64,000 bases of DNA from Eubacteriales bacterium (GTDB lineage: Bacteria; Bacillota; Clostridia; Oscillospirales; CAG-272). The notes under the pieces were generated by a model. It was given only the letters and a program-made list of their open reading frames with translations, had not been told where the DNA came from and did no database searches. The stretch lies in assembly GCA_045629745.1 (NCBI GenBank), contig JAZQRU010000042.1, positions 24,358 to 88,357 on the forward strand, given 5' to 3'. The position numbers and the translations under genes were made by a program. This document shows, piece by piece, positions 27,201-36,943 of this stretch; position 1 is the stretch's first letter; each line of letters begins with the position of its first letter.

Positions 27201-28620
27201 CGCCGATTTCGATGAGCTTACAGGTTCTGTTGGAAAGTCCCGTTGTTTCAACGTCGAAAACTACCATTTCGCCGTCAAATGCGGGAAGATTATCACCGAA
27301 AATACATCTTGCGGTATCGTTGACGTAATAGCCCTCAATTCCGTAAAGCACCTTAAGGTCACTCTTTGATTTTTCAAGAGCAAGCATAACCTCAGGAAAA
27401 GCCTGCACGTTTCCGTGGTCGGTGACAGCTATAGCCTTATGCCCCCATTTTATCGCAGTGCCTATAAGCTCCGCAGGGGTTATCAAGGCGTCCATTTGAG
27501 ACATATTAGTGTGCAGGTGAAGCTCTACGCGCTTCTCTTTCGCACTGTCCTCGCGCTGTGTTTTTGAAATAGTTTTTATACCTCTTGCCGAAATAAACGG
27601 CTCGCTATCAAACTTATCGTACATAAGCTTGCCAAAAACCGCAACGTCACAGCCTACGGAAAGCTTTTTTACCCACTCCGCCTCACTAGGAGGCACAGTG
27701 CGCTTTACGTAAATTCCCGATGCGCCATCGGAAATGCCTATCATTACAGAGGTTTTATCTCCGCTTCTGGTTTCCTTCGTACTAAGCTCAAAGACCGTTC
27801 CCAAAAAGATGCTGACGTTTTTAATTCTAGTAACTTCGGAAAGGGGCGTCGGCTCGAAAATTTCAAAATCCTCGCCATAGACAAGCTCCGAGCAAGAATA
27901 ATCGTAGGTTGTGGCGCCCATTTTATATTTTGTTTCGCCTATTTGTTCGTTTTTGCCCGTTTCCGTTGAAATTCCCGAAACGAACTCAAAGTCGTAATGC
28001 GGGTCGCGCGCTCTGGCCTCCTCTTCCCTCTCGCGCATAGCTTCTTCGCGGCGGCGGTCAAACGCCTCCATAGATTCCCTCTCCGCATTCCTCATTATTT
28101 CAAGGCGGCGCAGACGCCACTTTTCCTCGTGTGCCGCGGCATTCGCACTCTCCTCTATAACGACCTTTCTTACTATTCCGTATCTGCTTTTTAGTATGTT
28201 TTCAAGTATTACTTCCGTATTTGCGTTCTTTACGAATTCTATTCCGTGATGGGTAAAAGGAATTTTTATCACCACGCGCTCTTCGTCTAAATGGTATTCC
28301 GCATCCGTAAAAAAACCGTTCGTTACAGCTCCGCAAAGCGCTGCCTCTGCTGCGATTTCCGAAAAACGCGACTCGTTAAATTCCGATTCGGGAAAGTGCG
28401 GAAGAATTCTGAAAGACTCCGCGTTATAAAACTCACGGCATTCGTCCTCGATTTCATAAAGAAGCTCCGCGTCCTCGTGACACTCATAATCAAGCTCAAC
28501 CTCGACGCGCATCGGCTCTTTTATATATCTGAATTTTGCGTTTTTTCCTCTCTTAAGAAGAGCCTCCTTTTCTTCGGTAGGCTTGTATCTTGAGAATACG
28601 TCAAAAAAATTCTTTTCCAT
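24205..28620 (-). CDS. polC: DNA polymerase III alpha subunit, PolC type
   Basis: PHP (HLHTNMSQMD...DHGNVQAFPE), inserted 3'-5' exonuclease (VVFDVETTGL...HNANFDIGF), palm/fingers and Zn finger (CKKC...CPVC). Start set to ATG 28620 (MEKNFFDVF...). Confidence 0.95.
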   Translation of the reverse strand: MEKNFFDVFSRYKPTEEKEALLKRGKNAKFRYIKEPMRVEVELDYECHEDAELLYEIEDECREFYNAESFRILPHFPESEFNESRFSEIAAEAALCGAVTNGFFTDAEYHLDEERVVIKIPFTHHGIEFVKNANTEVILENILKSRYGIVRKVVIEESANAAAHEEKWRLRRLEIMRNAERESMEAFDRRREEAMREREEEARARDPHYDFEFVSGISTETGKNEQIGETKYKMGATTYDYSCSELVYGEDFEIFEPTPLSEVTRIKNVSIFLGTVFELSTKETRSGDKTSVMIGISDGASGIYVKRTVPPSEAEWVKKLSVGCDVAVFGKLMYDKFDSEPFISARGIKTISKTQREDSAKEKRVELHLHTNMSQMDALITPAELIGTAIKWGHKAIAVTDHGNVQAFPEVMLALEKSKSDLKVLYGIEGYYVNDTARCIFGDNLPAFDGEMVVFDVETTGLSNRTCKLIEIGAVKIKNGEVLGRMDIFVDPETPIPEDITKLTGITDEMVKGAPKEREALRQFLDFAGGNMLIAHNANFDIGFIRVACERQGFEFNNAYLDTVGLSRYVNPDLKNHKLDTLVEHYNLGEFKHHRASEDSEVLAKIFFEMLSLLKKEGVTSFERAIDAMGEDVDPLKLKARHIIIFAKNKEGLKNLYKLVSMSHLNYYGSFGRAKKVPRMPKTVIEQHRDGLIIGSACESGELYQAILEGVKGAELEEIASFYDYFEIQPICNNRFLVAEGKVANEETLKDINRQIYELGKKLGKLTCATCDAHFLNKEDEIYRRIILAGMKFADADKELPIYLRTTDEMLAEFDYLGEDIAREVVIENPNKIADMCEYIRPIPTGRYEPDLPGAKEELISSCWQRAHDWYGDELPEIVEKRLKRELDSIIANGFAVLYMIAVKLVAYSESLGYLVGSRGSVGSSFVATMSGISEVNPLPPHYRCKKCRYSEFITDGSVGSGFDLEDKRCPVCGEWLYQDGHDIPFETFLGFKGDKSPDIDLNFSGDVQSKVHKYTEELFGQGQVFRAGTTGTLASKTAWGYVNKYLEEKKIKTTKAEVSHMATRLDGIKKSTGQHPGGIIVVPKEFDIYDFTPVQHPAEDPKSDTITTHFQFSYLHDTILKLDELGHDMPTKYKMLERYTNTSVLDVKMNDKSVYELFASTRPLGISPEDIGGCQLGTFGIPEMGTRFIQQVLLDAKPKNFADLLQISGLTHGTDVWLGNAQDLIKAGTCDISEVVGTRDGIMLYLIRRGLDDSTSFKIMEDVRKGKGLKPEYEEQMKAHGVPDWYIGSCKKIKYMFPKAHAAAYVMSAIRLGWYKIYYPMEFYAAFFTVAPGGFDAEIVGGGYPRVSKAIKEIEDKGNEASAKDGEMLATLQLVREALARDVQFLNVDLKKSDAVAFLPENGKIRMPFNSLSGLGDTAAEKIIAARDKHDIYSIEELRELTGISKTVIEILRRNHVLDGLSETNQFSLF

Positions 28621-28648
28621 TAAACTTTTATATCTCCCAAAAGGAAAG

Positions 28649-29725
28649 CTACATAAGCTTGATTTCGCGTATAATCTCGGAAACAAGCTCGTCTTCCTTT
28701 ATTTTTCTTATTATCTCTCCGTTTTTGAATAGCAATCCCTCGCCCTTTCCGCCAGCTATTCCTACGTCTGCTTCGCGCGCTTCACCGGGACCGTTTACAA
28801 CGCAACCCATAAGCGCAACCTTCAAGGGCTTATCGAGAAGCCCCTCCTCCTCCGCAGCTTTTTCAAATTCGCGGCTTATTTTTATAAGGTCTATTTTCGT
28901 TCTTCCGCAGGTGGGACAGGAAACTATATCCATACCGCGCTTTTTGGAAACGCCCACAGCGGAAAGTATTTCACGCGCCGCCTTTATTTCCTCTTCGGGC
29001 TTGTCCGTCAAGGAAACGCGCACTGTATCTCCTATTCCCTCTGAAAGAAGCGCGCCGATGCCTATACTGCTTTTCGTTACCGCGCGCATACCCGCGCCCG
29101 CCTCGGTTACTCCGAGATGCAATGGGTATTCGGTTTTTTCAGCAAGTATTCTGTTTGCTCTTATCATTGAAAGCGTGTCCGACGCCTTTACCGATATTAC
29201 GACATCAGTAAAATCAAATTCCTCAAGGAGCGACGCGTGGAAAAGTGCGCTTTCTGCAAGCGCCTCTGCCGTGGGAGCGCCGTATTTTGCGAGAATTTCC
29301 TTTTCTAGCGAGCCTGAATTAACACCTATTCTTATAGGCAATCCTCTTTCCTTTGCGGCAAGTGTCACCTCGCGTATTTTGGCTTTATCCCCTATGTTTC
29401 CGGGGTTGATTCTTATTTTATCCGCGCCCGCCTTAATTGCGGCGAGAGCTATCTTATAATCAAAGTGAATGTCTGCAACAAGCGGTAAGGAAACACCAAG
29501 CTTTTTCAGCTCACGAAAGCTTTTTGCAGCCTCGGCATCGGGCACGGCAAGCCTTACTATATCGCAGCCTGCGCGCTCAAGGGATTTTATCTGCTCAAGG
29601 CAAGCAAAAACGTCGTGAGTATCAACGTTTGTCATTGACTGAATACTGATGGGCGCATCACCGCCGACGGTAAGCTTTCCCACCGAAACAGGCTTTGTTT
29701 TTCTTCTGAAAGTATTGTAATTCAT
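28649..29725 (-). CDS. ispG: 4-hydroxy-3-methylbut-2-en-1-yl diphosphate synthase
   Basis: ...PISIQSMTN...RINPGNIG...SCPTCGRT...MGCVVNGPGE... is the canonical GcpE/IspG pattern. Confidence 0.95.
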   Translation of the reverse strand: MNYNTFRRKTKPVSVGKLTVGGDAPISIQSMTNVDTHDVFACLEQIKSLERAGCDIVRLAVPDAEAAKSFRELKKLGVSLPLVADIHFDYKIALAAIKAGADKIRINPGNIGDKAKIREVTLAAKERGLPIRIGVNSGSLEKEILAKYGAPTAEALAESALFHASLLEEFDFTDVVISVKASDTLSMIRANRILAEKTEYPLHLGVTEAGAGMRAVTKSSIGIGALLSEGIGDTVRVSLTDKPEEEIKAAREILSAVGVSKKRGMDIVSCPTCGRTKIDLIKISREFEKAAEEEGLLDKPLKVALMGCVVNGPGEAREADVGIAGGKGEGLLFKNGEIIRKIKEDELVSEIIREIKLM

Positions 29726-30753
29726 ATTACAAGTCCGATAACGTCCTTTATCATTATTACGAATGAAAGAAGCAAAAGGAGCATAAGTCCAACACTGTTT
29801 ATAAGCCCCTCTACCTTCTTTGGAAGGCGCTTTCTCGTTATCATTTCGATAAGCACCGTAACGAGCCTTCCGCCGTCAAGGGCGGGAATAGGCAAAAGAT
29901 TCATAAATCCGAGATTTATGCTTATTATAACGACAATATTTAAAAGAGGAACAAGTCCGCTTGCCGCCGCATCTCCTATAGCGCCCGAAATTCCAACGGG
30001 GCCCGAAACCGCCGCAAAGCTATATCTTCCCGTGATTAAGTCAATAATGGACTCCCAGCACATTCTCAGCATAAGCCAGGATTTTGAAAAGGAATACGAC
30101 ATTACGTCGCCAAAGCTCTTATCCTCAATTCCCCGAACTCTGAAATCAAGTGTTCCAAATACCTGCCCCTGCTCCTCGCTCTTCGGGAAATTTACATCGG
30201 GTAGAAGAAGCTCTTTTCCATCTCGCAAGACTAGAATATCAACCGGCTCGTTGCCGCGCCTCATAATTTCATACGCAAGCTCGTCTGCAATCTTTACGCG
30301 CTTACCCTCAACCTCAAGAATTTCGTCACCTACCATAATAGCTTCGTTAGAGCTGCTTCCCTCTAAAAAGGAGTGAACCTTTGTAGTGCCGATATTCATC
30401 ATAGAGGTTACGATAATCATAACCAAAAATCCGAAAACAATATTAACAAAGGCTCCCGCAAAGGTTATTATAAATCTTTGCCAAGCGGGCTTTTTATCAA
30501 AGGAATTTGGATCGTCGCTCTCGTCGTCCTCTCCCGCCATTGCAACGTAGCCGCCTATCGGAAACATTGCGAGCTTATAGCGTATACCGCTTTTTTTGGA
30601 GTCGTACCATAAAAGCGAGGGGCCCATTCCTATCGAAAACTCGTTGATTTTTACCTTGAATATTCTTGCCGTTATAAAGTGCCCGAACTCGTGAATAAAG
30701 ATAAGAAAACCGAATACGAGTACGGCTATAACTACTATAAGCGGAGTGCTCAA
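29722..30753 (-). CDS. rseP: RIP metalloprotease RseP (M50 site-2 protease)
   Basis: HEFGHF zinc motif, PDZ-like middle region, NLLPIPALDGG motif. Confidence 0.85.
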   Translation of the reverse strand: MSTPLIVVIAVLVFGFLIFIHEFGHFITARIFKVKINEFSIGMGPSLLWYDSKKSGIRYKLAMFPIGGYVAMAGEDDESDDPNSFDKKPAWQRFIITFAGAFVNIVFGFLVMIIVTSMMNIGTTKVHSFLEGSSSNEAIMVGDEILEVEGKRVKIADELAYEIMRRGNEPVDILVLRDGKELLLPDVNFPKSEEQGQVFGTLDFRVRGIEDKSFGDVMSYSFSKSWLMLRMCWESIIDLITGRYSFAAVSGPVGISGAIGDAAASGLVPLLNIVVIISINLGFMNLLPIPALDGGRLVTVLIEMITRKRLPKKVEGLINSVGLMLLLLLSFVIMIKDVIGLVI

Positions 30754-30754
30754 A

Positions 30755-31897
30755 TTATATCTCCTTGCAAATTTTTCTTGCTTCTCTGTCGGCCTCTATC
30801 AAGCCGTCGACGTCATAGCTTCCGACGCGGTCCGACATTTTGTCAAAGGTTTTTATCACCTTTTCGGAAATTTCCGAAAAGCTTATTTCGCCCGAGAGGA
30901 AGCTTGCAACCGCAACCTCGTCCGCCGCGTTAAGAATAGCGGGCATAGCTCCGCCAAGCTCCATTGCCTTGAATGCCAAGGGTAAAAGCGGAAAGGCTTT
31001 CGTATCGGGCTGAGAAAACGTAAGAGCGCCGACCTTAAATAAATCAAGCTCCTCGCTGACACTTTGACATCTTTCGGGATAGTCAACCGCATACTGAACA
31101 CACATACGCATATCGGGAACGGAAAACGCGCCGATTACTGTATTATCAATATATTCAACCGCCGAATGTAATATACTTTCGCGGTGAACGGCAACCTCTA
31201 TTTTAGAGGGCGCGACACCGAAAAGGTAACAGGCCTCAATTACCTCAAAGCCCTTATTCATAAGAGTTGCCGAGTCAACCGTTATTTTCTTGCCCATTTT
31301 CCAGGTGGGGTGAGCAAGGGTATCGGCAAGAGTTACCGAGCGAAGCTCCTCGCGGGTTTTTCCGAAAAAGGGGCCGCCCGAGGCGGTGAGAATTATTTTT
31401 TTGATTTCCGAGGCTTTTCCCGCCTTGAGCGACTGAAAAATCGCGGAATGCTCGCTGTCAACGGGTATGATTTCAACGCCCGCATCCCAAGCGCGCTTCA
31501 TAACTATATCACCGGCAATAACCAAGGACTCCTTATTTGCAAGGGCAAGTCTTTTTCCCGCGTCAATTACAGCAAGCGTCGGCAAAAGTCCCGCTTCGCC
31601 TATTATAGAGTTAACTACGACGTCGGCTCGCGTTTCGGAAATGACGGAAAGCATGCCGCCCTCGCCAGAAAGAACCTTTGTATCTGTGTCAGAAAGCTTT
31701 ATTTTTAAGTCGCGTGCTGAGGCTTCGTCACTCATTGCAACTAAGCGTGGCTTGAATTTTCTTGCTATTTCTTCGGTTTGTTGCACGCTTTTGTTTGCGG
31801 AAATGAAATCCACCTTAAAGCCGCGCTTTTCCGAAACGTCTAAGGCTTGCATACCGACGGAGCCCGTAGCCCCGAGAATTGCTATTGTTTTTTCCAT
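30755..31897 (-). CDS. dxr: 1-deoxy-D-xylulose-5-phosphate reductoisomerase
   Basis: ILGATGSVG NADPH motif, ...LANKESLV...PVDSEHSAIFQ.... ATG 31897 follows an AAAGGGA SD. Confidence 0.95.
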   Translation of the reverse strand: MEKTIAILGATGSVGMQALDVSEKRGFKVDFISANKSVQQTEEIARKFKPRLVAMSDEASARDLKIKLSDTDTKVLSGEGGMLSVISETRADVVVNSIIGEAGLLPTLAVIDAGKRLALANKESLVIAGDIVMKRAWDAGVEIIPVDSEHSAIFQSLKAGKASEIKKIILTASGGPFFGKTREELRSVTLADTLAHPTWKMGKKITVDSATLMNKGFEVIEACYLFGVAPSKIEVAVHRESILHSAVEYIDNTVIGAFSVPDMRMCVQYAVDYPERCQSVSEELDLFKVGALTFSQPDTKAFPLLPLAFKAMELGGAMPAILNAADEVAVASFLSGEISFSEISEKVIKTFDKMSDRVGSYDVDGLIEADREARKICKEI

Positions 31898-31920
31898 AGT
31901 TGTCCCTTTCATTTGGGAAC

Positions 31921-31960
31921 AAAAAGAGATATATAGTTTTTCGCTATAAATCTCTTTTTT
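31921..31960 (-). terminator. Intra-cluster hairpin (possible attenuator or partial terminator) between cdsA and dxr
   Basis: AAAAAGAGAT...ATCTCTTTTT 10-bp outer stem enclosing TATAG...CTATA; T-run on both strands. Confidence 0.4.
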
Positions 31961-31984
31961 GCTTTATATTTCTTTTATGAATTT

Positions 31985-32815
31985 TTATGAAAACGGGGGG
32001 AATGCAAGACAGATAAGAAGAAGCGGCATTGACACTGCCAGAATTGAATCAAATCTATCCATAACTCCACCGTGTCCCGGGAAAATTTTTCCGTAGTCCT
32101 TAATTCCGCACTCGCGTTTTACTAAAGATGCAATAAGGTCGCCTATCTGCGAAATAACGGAAACGAAAAGTCCCGAAACGAGAAGTGTTACGTAATTTAC
32201 GGTATAATCCGTCGCAAGACCTACTATAAATCCGTAAAGCATAAATATGAGCATCGCGGAAATCACGCCCGCAACCGAGCCTTCAACGGTTTTCTTAGGG
32301 CTTATTTCAGGGATAAGCTTATGCTTTCCGAAGCGCGAGCCGAAAAGATACGCGAAGGTATCCGAACTCCACGCACCGATAAACACGAGAACGAACGTAA
32401 ACGCGCCCTCGGGGATATATCTCAGCGCCGTGAGCGAGGTGAACGAAATCACTACATAATTTATCAGAACGCAAGCCGCCGCTACGCTAAAGAACTTAAG
32501 CTCTCCGCGCGCTATCACCGCGAGGGTGAAATAATAAAGCATAAGCAAAAAGCTCAAAATAAAGCAAATAACCGCAACACTTCCTATTTTTTCGCTTCCC
32601 ATAAAGTAAGTGATAATAGGCATTGCCGCTGAAAAAACGCACGCGGGAATAAGAAGCGTAAGCCTCTTTGAAAGTCCGAGGCAGTTCATAATCTCGCATA
32701 TCGCTACGACAGAAAGAAGCGATATGAATATCGGATAGACCGCGTATTCCGAAAGCAAGAGTATCGGAATACAAATAAGCGTCAGCACAAGCGCCGTCAA
32801 AGTTCTCGTTTTCAT
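31985..32815 (-). CDS. cdsA: Phosphatidate cytidylyltransferase
   Basis: Polytopic; C-terminal signature ...SLVKRECGIKDYGKIFPGHGGVMDRFDS... Confidence 0.85.
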   Translation of the reverse strand: MKTRTLTALVLTLICIPILLLSEYAVYPIFISLLSVVAICEIMNCLGLSKRLTLLIPACVFSAAMPIITYFMGSEKIGSVAVICFILSFLLMLYYFTLAVIARGELKFFSVAAACVLINYVVISFTSLTALRYIPEGAFTFVLVFIGAWSSDTFAYLFGSRFGKHKLIPEISPKKTVEGSVAGVISAMLIFMLYGFIVGLATDYTVNYVTLLVSGLFVSVISQIGDLIASLVKRECGIKDYGKIFPGHGGVMDRFDSILAVSMPLLLICLAFPPFS

Positions 32816-33552
32816 TGCTCTTTTAAATCTTCCTTGTCAAGACCGCCGAATCTTCTTTTTCTCGAGGAAAACTCGTTTACGGCCTTTATTATTTCATTTT
32901 CGTCAAAATCTGGCCAGAGTGTTTTCGTTACGTAGTACTCCGCGTAAGCCGATTGCCAAAGAAGAAAGTTTGAGGTTCTGAAGTCACCTCCCGTTCTTAT
33001 AACGAGGTCGGGATCAGGCTCCGTCGAGGTATAGGTATAGCTCGAAATGATTTCCTCCGTAAGCGCCGTATGCCCTGCTTTTATAGCTTCGTTTGCGGCG
33101 TGGACTATTTCATCTCTGCCGCCGTAATTTAAGGCTACGGAGCAGACGAATGCTCTACCGCGGGATTTTTCCTCAAGCTCCTCAGCAATATTGCGAAGCT
33201 TCTCGGGAAGACGCGACTTATCTCCGAGAAATTTTACGGAAAAGTCCTTATCGCTCTCGACCTTTTCGGCAACGGTTGTTGCAAGATATTTGAAGGCAAG
33301 CTCCATTATCGTGTCAACCTCTTCGCGAGGTCTTTTCCAGTTTTCCGTCGAAAAGGCATAAAGGGTTACGTAGTGAACGCCAAGCTCGCGGAATTTCTCA
33401 AGAGTTCTTTGTATTCTTTTTGCGCCCTCTCTGTGACCGAGCGTGCGCGGAAGTCCGCGTTTTTTTGCCCATCTTCCGTTACCGTCCATAATGATGGCTA
33501 CGGAATTCAAGCCGCAACACTTAACTTCTTTAGCTTTTTTCTTAAAAAACAA
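32812..33552 (-). CDS. uppS: Isoprenyl transferase (undecaprenyl-diphosphate synthase)
   Basis: ...VAIIMDGNGRWAK...LYAFSTENWKRP...IRTGGDFRTSNFLLWQSAYAE... Confidence 0.9.
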   Translation of the reverse strand: MFFKKKAKEVKCCGLNSVAIIMDGNGRWAKKRGLPRTLGHREGAKRIQRTLEKFRELGVHYVTLYAFSTENWKRPREEVDTIMELAFKYLATTVAEKVESDKDFSVKFLGDKSRLPEKLRNIAEELEEKSRGRAFVCSVALNYGGRDEIVHAANEAIKAGHTALTEEIISSYTYTSTEPDPDLVIRTGGDFRTSNFLLWQSAYAEYYVTKTLWPDFDENEIIKAVNEFSSRKRRFGGLDKEDLKEQ

Positions 33553-33572
33553 ATCAAATCTCCCTATGAAAA

Positions 33573-34127
33573 TTAAATTTCCATTATTTCCTTGGTTTTT
33601 GAAGCGGTAACGGCGTCAATTTCCTTAACGTACTTATCAGTGATATCCTGAACATTTTTATCAGACTGCTTTGCTTCGTCCTCAGTCATTTCGGAATTCT
33701 TCTTCATTGCCTTAACCTTATCGTTAGCGTCACGGCGGATATTACGAACCGCAATCTTAGCATCCTCACCCATCTTGGAAATCTGCTTTGAAAGCTCGCG
33801 GCGGCGCTCCTCTGTCATAGGGGGGAACGCAAGGCGGATACAGCTTCCGTCATTCTGAGGGTTAATTCCGAGATCGGACTGGTTAATAGCCTTTTCAATA
33901 GCCTTCATTGAGCTTTTATCCCAAGAGGTTATGGTAAGAGTTCTCGCGTCGGTTGCCTTGATTTCCGCGATAGAGGAAATGGGAGTCATTGAGCCGTAAT
34001 ATTCAACCTCAATTCTCTTAAGAACGTCGGGGTTTGCCTTACCTGCTCTTATCGTCGAAAGGTTTTCTTTATAGGAAGCTATCGACTTCTGCATTCTTAC
34101 TTCATATTCTTTAACGTCAAGTTTCAT
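33573..34127 (-). CDS. frr: Ribosome recycling factor
   Basis: ...LSTIRAGKANPDVL...GINPQNDGSCIRLAFPPMTEERRREL.... ATG 34127 is 8 nt after AGGAG. Confidence 0.95.
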   Translation of the reverse strand: MKLDVKEYEVRMQKSIASYKENLSTIRAGKANPDVLKRIEVEYYGSMTPISSIAEIKATDARTLTITSWDKSSMKAIEKAINQSDLGINPQNDGSCIRLAFPPMTEERRRELSKQISKMGEDAKIAVRNIRRDANDKVKAMKKNSEMTEDEAKQSDKNVQDITDKYVKEIDAVTASKTKEIMEI

Positions 34128-34148
34128 TGTATATACTCCTATCAAAAT

Positions 34149-34847
34149 TTATTCTGCGGTTACTGTTGTTCCCACGTTTTTGCCGGATATTGCTCCGAGT
34201 ATATCGGCGGGGTTCTTAAGTCCGAAAACCTTTATTTCAATTCCCGCGGACATACAAAAAGCGACTGCCGTTGAATCAATTGCCTTAAGGTTCATAGCGA
34301 GGAACTCCGATGCCTTTATCACCTCAAGCTTCTTGGCATTAGGATTTTTATTGGGATCGTCTGTGTATATGTAGTCAACGTTTTTAGCCATAAGCATTGC
34401 GTCTGCTCCGATTTCCGCGCCTCTTACGGCGCCAGTCGTATCGGTTGAAAGGAATGGCACGCCAAGACCTGCACCGAAAATTACGACCTTTCCCTCGGAA
34501 AGATAGCGCTTGGCAACGTCTGCGGAATAGTTTTCTGCAAGAGGCGACATTGCAACAGCCGTCATTACCCTTGCGTCAACACCCTGTCTTACAAGTGCGT
34601 CTTTGAGACAAACGGAGTTAATAACAGTAGCGAGCATTCCCATTCTGTCGGCTTCGGTACGGTCCATTTCACCGCCTTGTCTGCCGCGCCATATGTTTCC
34701 TGCGCCGCAAACGAGAGCAATTTCATAACCAAGCTCGGTTGCCGATTTAACAGCTCCCGCTACCTCGTCGACAAAATTCATATCGTAGATTTCATCCGAG
34801 CCGTGCTTCAGGGCCTCACCCGAAAGCTTAATTAAAACACGTTTCAT
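34149..34847 (-). CDS. pyrH: UMP kinase
   Basis: MKRVLIKLSGEAL...GGGNIWRG... pattern. ATG 34847 follows a GAGGGA SD. Confidence 0.95.
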   Translation of the reverse strand: MKRVLIKLSGEALKHGSDEIYDMNFVDEVAGAVKSATELGYEIALVCGAGNIWRGRQGGEMDRTEADRMGMLATVINSVCLKDALVRQGVDARVMTAVAMSPLAENYSADVAKRYLSEGKVVIFGAGLGVPFLSTDTTGAVRGAEIGADAMLMAKNVDYIYTDDPNKNPNAKKLEVIKASEFLAMNLKAIDSTAVAFCMSAGIEIKVFGLKNPADILGAISGKNVGTTVTAE

Positions 34848-34944
34848 AAAGTCCCTCACAAAATAATATTTATCTAATCTATTTTACAACAATTTTCCGT
34901 TTTTGTAAACAGGTTTTTAATATTTTTATAAAATATTTTTATTT

Positions 34945-34993
34945 TGCATAAATAAGCTCCGATTTTGTCACTAAAATGCAAAACCGGAGCTTA
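34945..34993 (-). terminator. Weak terminator-like hairpin after the transketolase genes
   Basis: TAAGCTCCG...CGGAGCTTA 9-bp stem with a 23-nt loop; only a short T-rich tail. Confidence 0.3.
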
Positions 34994-35000
34994 GGAATTT

Positions 35001-35948
35001 TTACTTTTTAAGAGCTATTGCTTTTTTCGCTTTTTCAACGATTTTCGCGCTTGTCAAGCCGTAGATTTCAAGGAGGGGCTGAACCTTTCCGCTTCTTCCG
35101 TAAGAATCCTCAACGCCTACTCTTAAAGCGGGAACGGGACAATGCTCAGCAAGAACCTCGCAAACGGCAGAGCCGAGACCGCCGATTATATTATGCTCTT
35201 CTGCGGTAACGACAGCGCCCGTTTTCTTCGCGGATTCGATTATAATATCCTTGTCAATAGGCTTTACGGTGTGCATATTGATAAGCTCTGCGGAAATTCC
35301 CTCTGCCGCGAGAGCTTCTGCCGCCTCGTATGCAAGGTGAGTCATAAATCCGCAAGCGATTATGGTAACGTCAGTACCTTCCTTATACTTAACGCCCTTG
35401 CCTATTTCAAACTTGTAGTCAGGAACAAGCTCGGGGGTGAGGTTAGGAACTACAAATCTTCCAAAGCGAAGATACATAGGACCTTCCGTGGTGATTGCCG
35501 CTTCAACAGCCGCGTAAGCCTCTGTTGCATCTGCGGGACAAATAACAGTCATACCGGGAATTGTACGCATAAGCGCAAGGTCCTCGTTGCACTGGTGGGT
35601 TGCACCGTCTTCACCTACTGTGATGCCAGCGTGAGTTGCGCCTATTTTTACGTTAAGATGAGGGTAGCCTATGGAGTTTCTTACCTGCTCAAAGGCTCTG
35701 CCTGCCGCGAACATTGCAAAGCTTGATGCAAAAACGGTTTTACCAGTGCTTGCAATACCTGCCGCAACACTCATCATATTTCCCTCTGCTATACCGCAAT
35801 CGAAAAATCTTTCGGGAAATTTCTTCTTGAACATACCCGTTTTCGTTGCTGCCGCAAGGTCTGCGTCAAGCACGAGGAAATCGTATTTTTCGCCAAGCTC
35901 CGAAAGAGCTTGTCCGTAGCTTTCTCTTGTTGCTTTCTTATCTGCCAT
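35001..35948 (-). CDS. Transketolase, C-terminal subunit (pyrimidine-binding plus C-terminal domains)
   Basis: ...DCGIAEGNMMSVAAG...HAGITVGEDGATHQ... in a 315-aa split-type transketolase B subunit. Confidence 0.9.
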   Translation of the reverse strand: MADKKATRESYGQALSELGEKYDFLVLDADLAAATKTGMFKKKFPERFFDCGIAEGNMMSVAAGIASTGKTVFASSFAMFAAGRAFEQVRNSIGYPHLNVKIGATHAGITVGEDGATHQCNEDLALMRTIPGMTVICPADATEAYAAVEAAITTEGPMYLRFGRFVVPNLTPELVPDYKFEIGKGVKYKEGTDVTIIACGFMTHLAYEAAEALAAEGISAELINMHTVKPIDKDIIIESAKKTGAVVTAEEHNIIGGLGSAVCEVLAEHCPVPALRVGVEDSYGRSGKVQPLLEIYGLTSAKIVEKAKKAIALKK

Positions 35949-35961
35949 TGCCGTTCTCCCT

Positions 35962-36801
35962 TCAGTTAAGAGCTTCTTCTATTTTGGAAAGCTCTTCCAT
36001 TGCGACCTTGTAAAGCTCCTCTTTAGGTGCCTGACCGTGCCACTCGCAAGCATTTTCCATATAGGAAACGCCCTTACCCTTAACGCTTTTTGCAATAATT
36101 ACGGTGGGCTTGCCCTTTACGGTTTTAGCCTCGCTGAACGCAGCTTCAATTTCGGAGAATTCGTGTGCGTTTATCGTTATAACGTGCCAACCGAAAGCGC
36201 GGAATTTTTCGTCGTGGGGGGTGGGGTTCATAACCTCGGAAATGGGGCCGTCTATCTGAAGTCCGTTCCAGTCTACGACCGCAGTAAGATTATCAAGCTT
36301 ATAGTGAGCTGCAAACATTGCCGCCTCCCAAACCTGACCTTCCTCGGTTTCACCGTCGCCAAGGATAGAATAAATGCGATAAGTATCGCCCGAAACCTTT
36401 GCGGAAAGAGCCATACCGCAAGCCGCGGATATACCAAGACCGAGCGAGCCCGTCGTCATATCAACTCCGGGTATGCCCTTCATATCGGGGTGCCCCTGAA
36501 GTCGCGCATCTGCCCGTCTTAATGTTTTAAGCTCTTCCTTGGGGAAATAGCCGCGCTCTGCAAGCACGGAATATAGAGCAGGAGCCGTGTGTCCTTTAGA
36601 AAGAACGAATCTGTCTCTTTTTTCACATTTGGGATTCTTAGGGTCGATATTCATTTCCTCAAAATAAAGGTATGTAATGATATCGGCAATAGAGAGCGAG
36701 CCGCCGGGGTGACCGCATGCAGCGTTGTAAACTCCCTCGATAATTCCCTTGCGTACGTTGTTCGCAAGTCGCTTAAGATTAAGCTCTTTTGTCTGTTCCA
36801 T
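35962..36801 (-). CDS. Transketolase, N-terminal (TPP-binding) subunit
   Basis: ...GHPGGSLS...LSKGHTAPALY...ILGDGETEEGQVWEA... in a 279-aa split-type transketolase A subunit. Confidence 0.9.
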   Translation of the reverse strand: MEQTKELNLKRLANNVRKGIIEGVYNAACGHPGGSLSIADIITYLYFEEMNIDPKNPKCEKRDRFVLSKGHTAPALYSVLAERGYFPKEELKTLRRADARLQGHPDMKGIPGVDMTTGSLGLGISAACGMALSAKVSGDTYRIYSILGDGETEEGQVWEAAMFAAHYKLDNLTAVVDWNGLQIDGPISEVMNPTPHDEKFRAFGWHVITINAHEFSEIEAAFSEAKTVKGKPTVIIAKSVKGKGVSYMENACEWHGQAPKEELYKVAMEELSKIEEALN

Positions 36802-36943
36802 AGCTAGACCGTTCCTTTTTAATATTCAGCGTATATATTTTACTATAAATATTTCGCTTTGTCAACCTAAACGGCAGAAAAAGCAAAAAAGAAGCGCCCA
36901 CGGCAAGCCGTTACTTAAAAACAGCTTAAATGAGCGCTTGATT

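Noticed and set aside
28590-29459. 289-aa plus-strand ORF antisense to ispG
   Set aside because: The translation is Ser/Pro/Ala-rich and low-complexity with no recognisable family. The opposite strand encodes a full-length, motif-perfect IspG. This is a classic shadow ORF.
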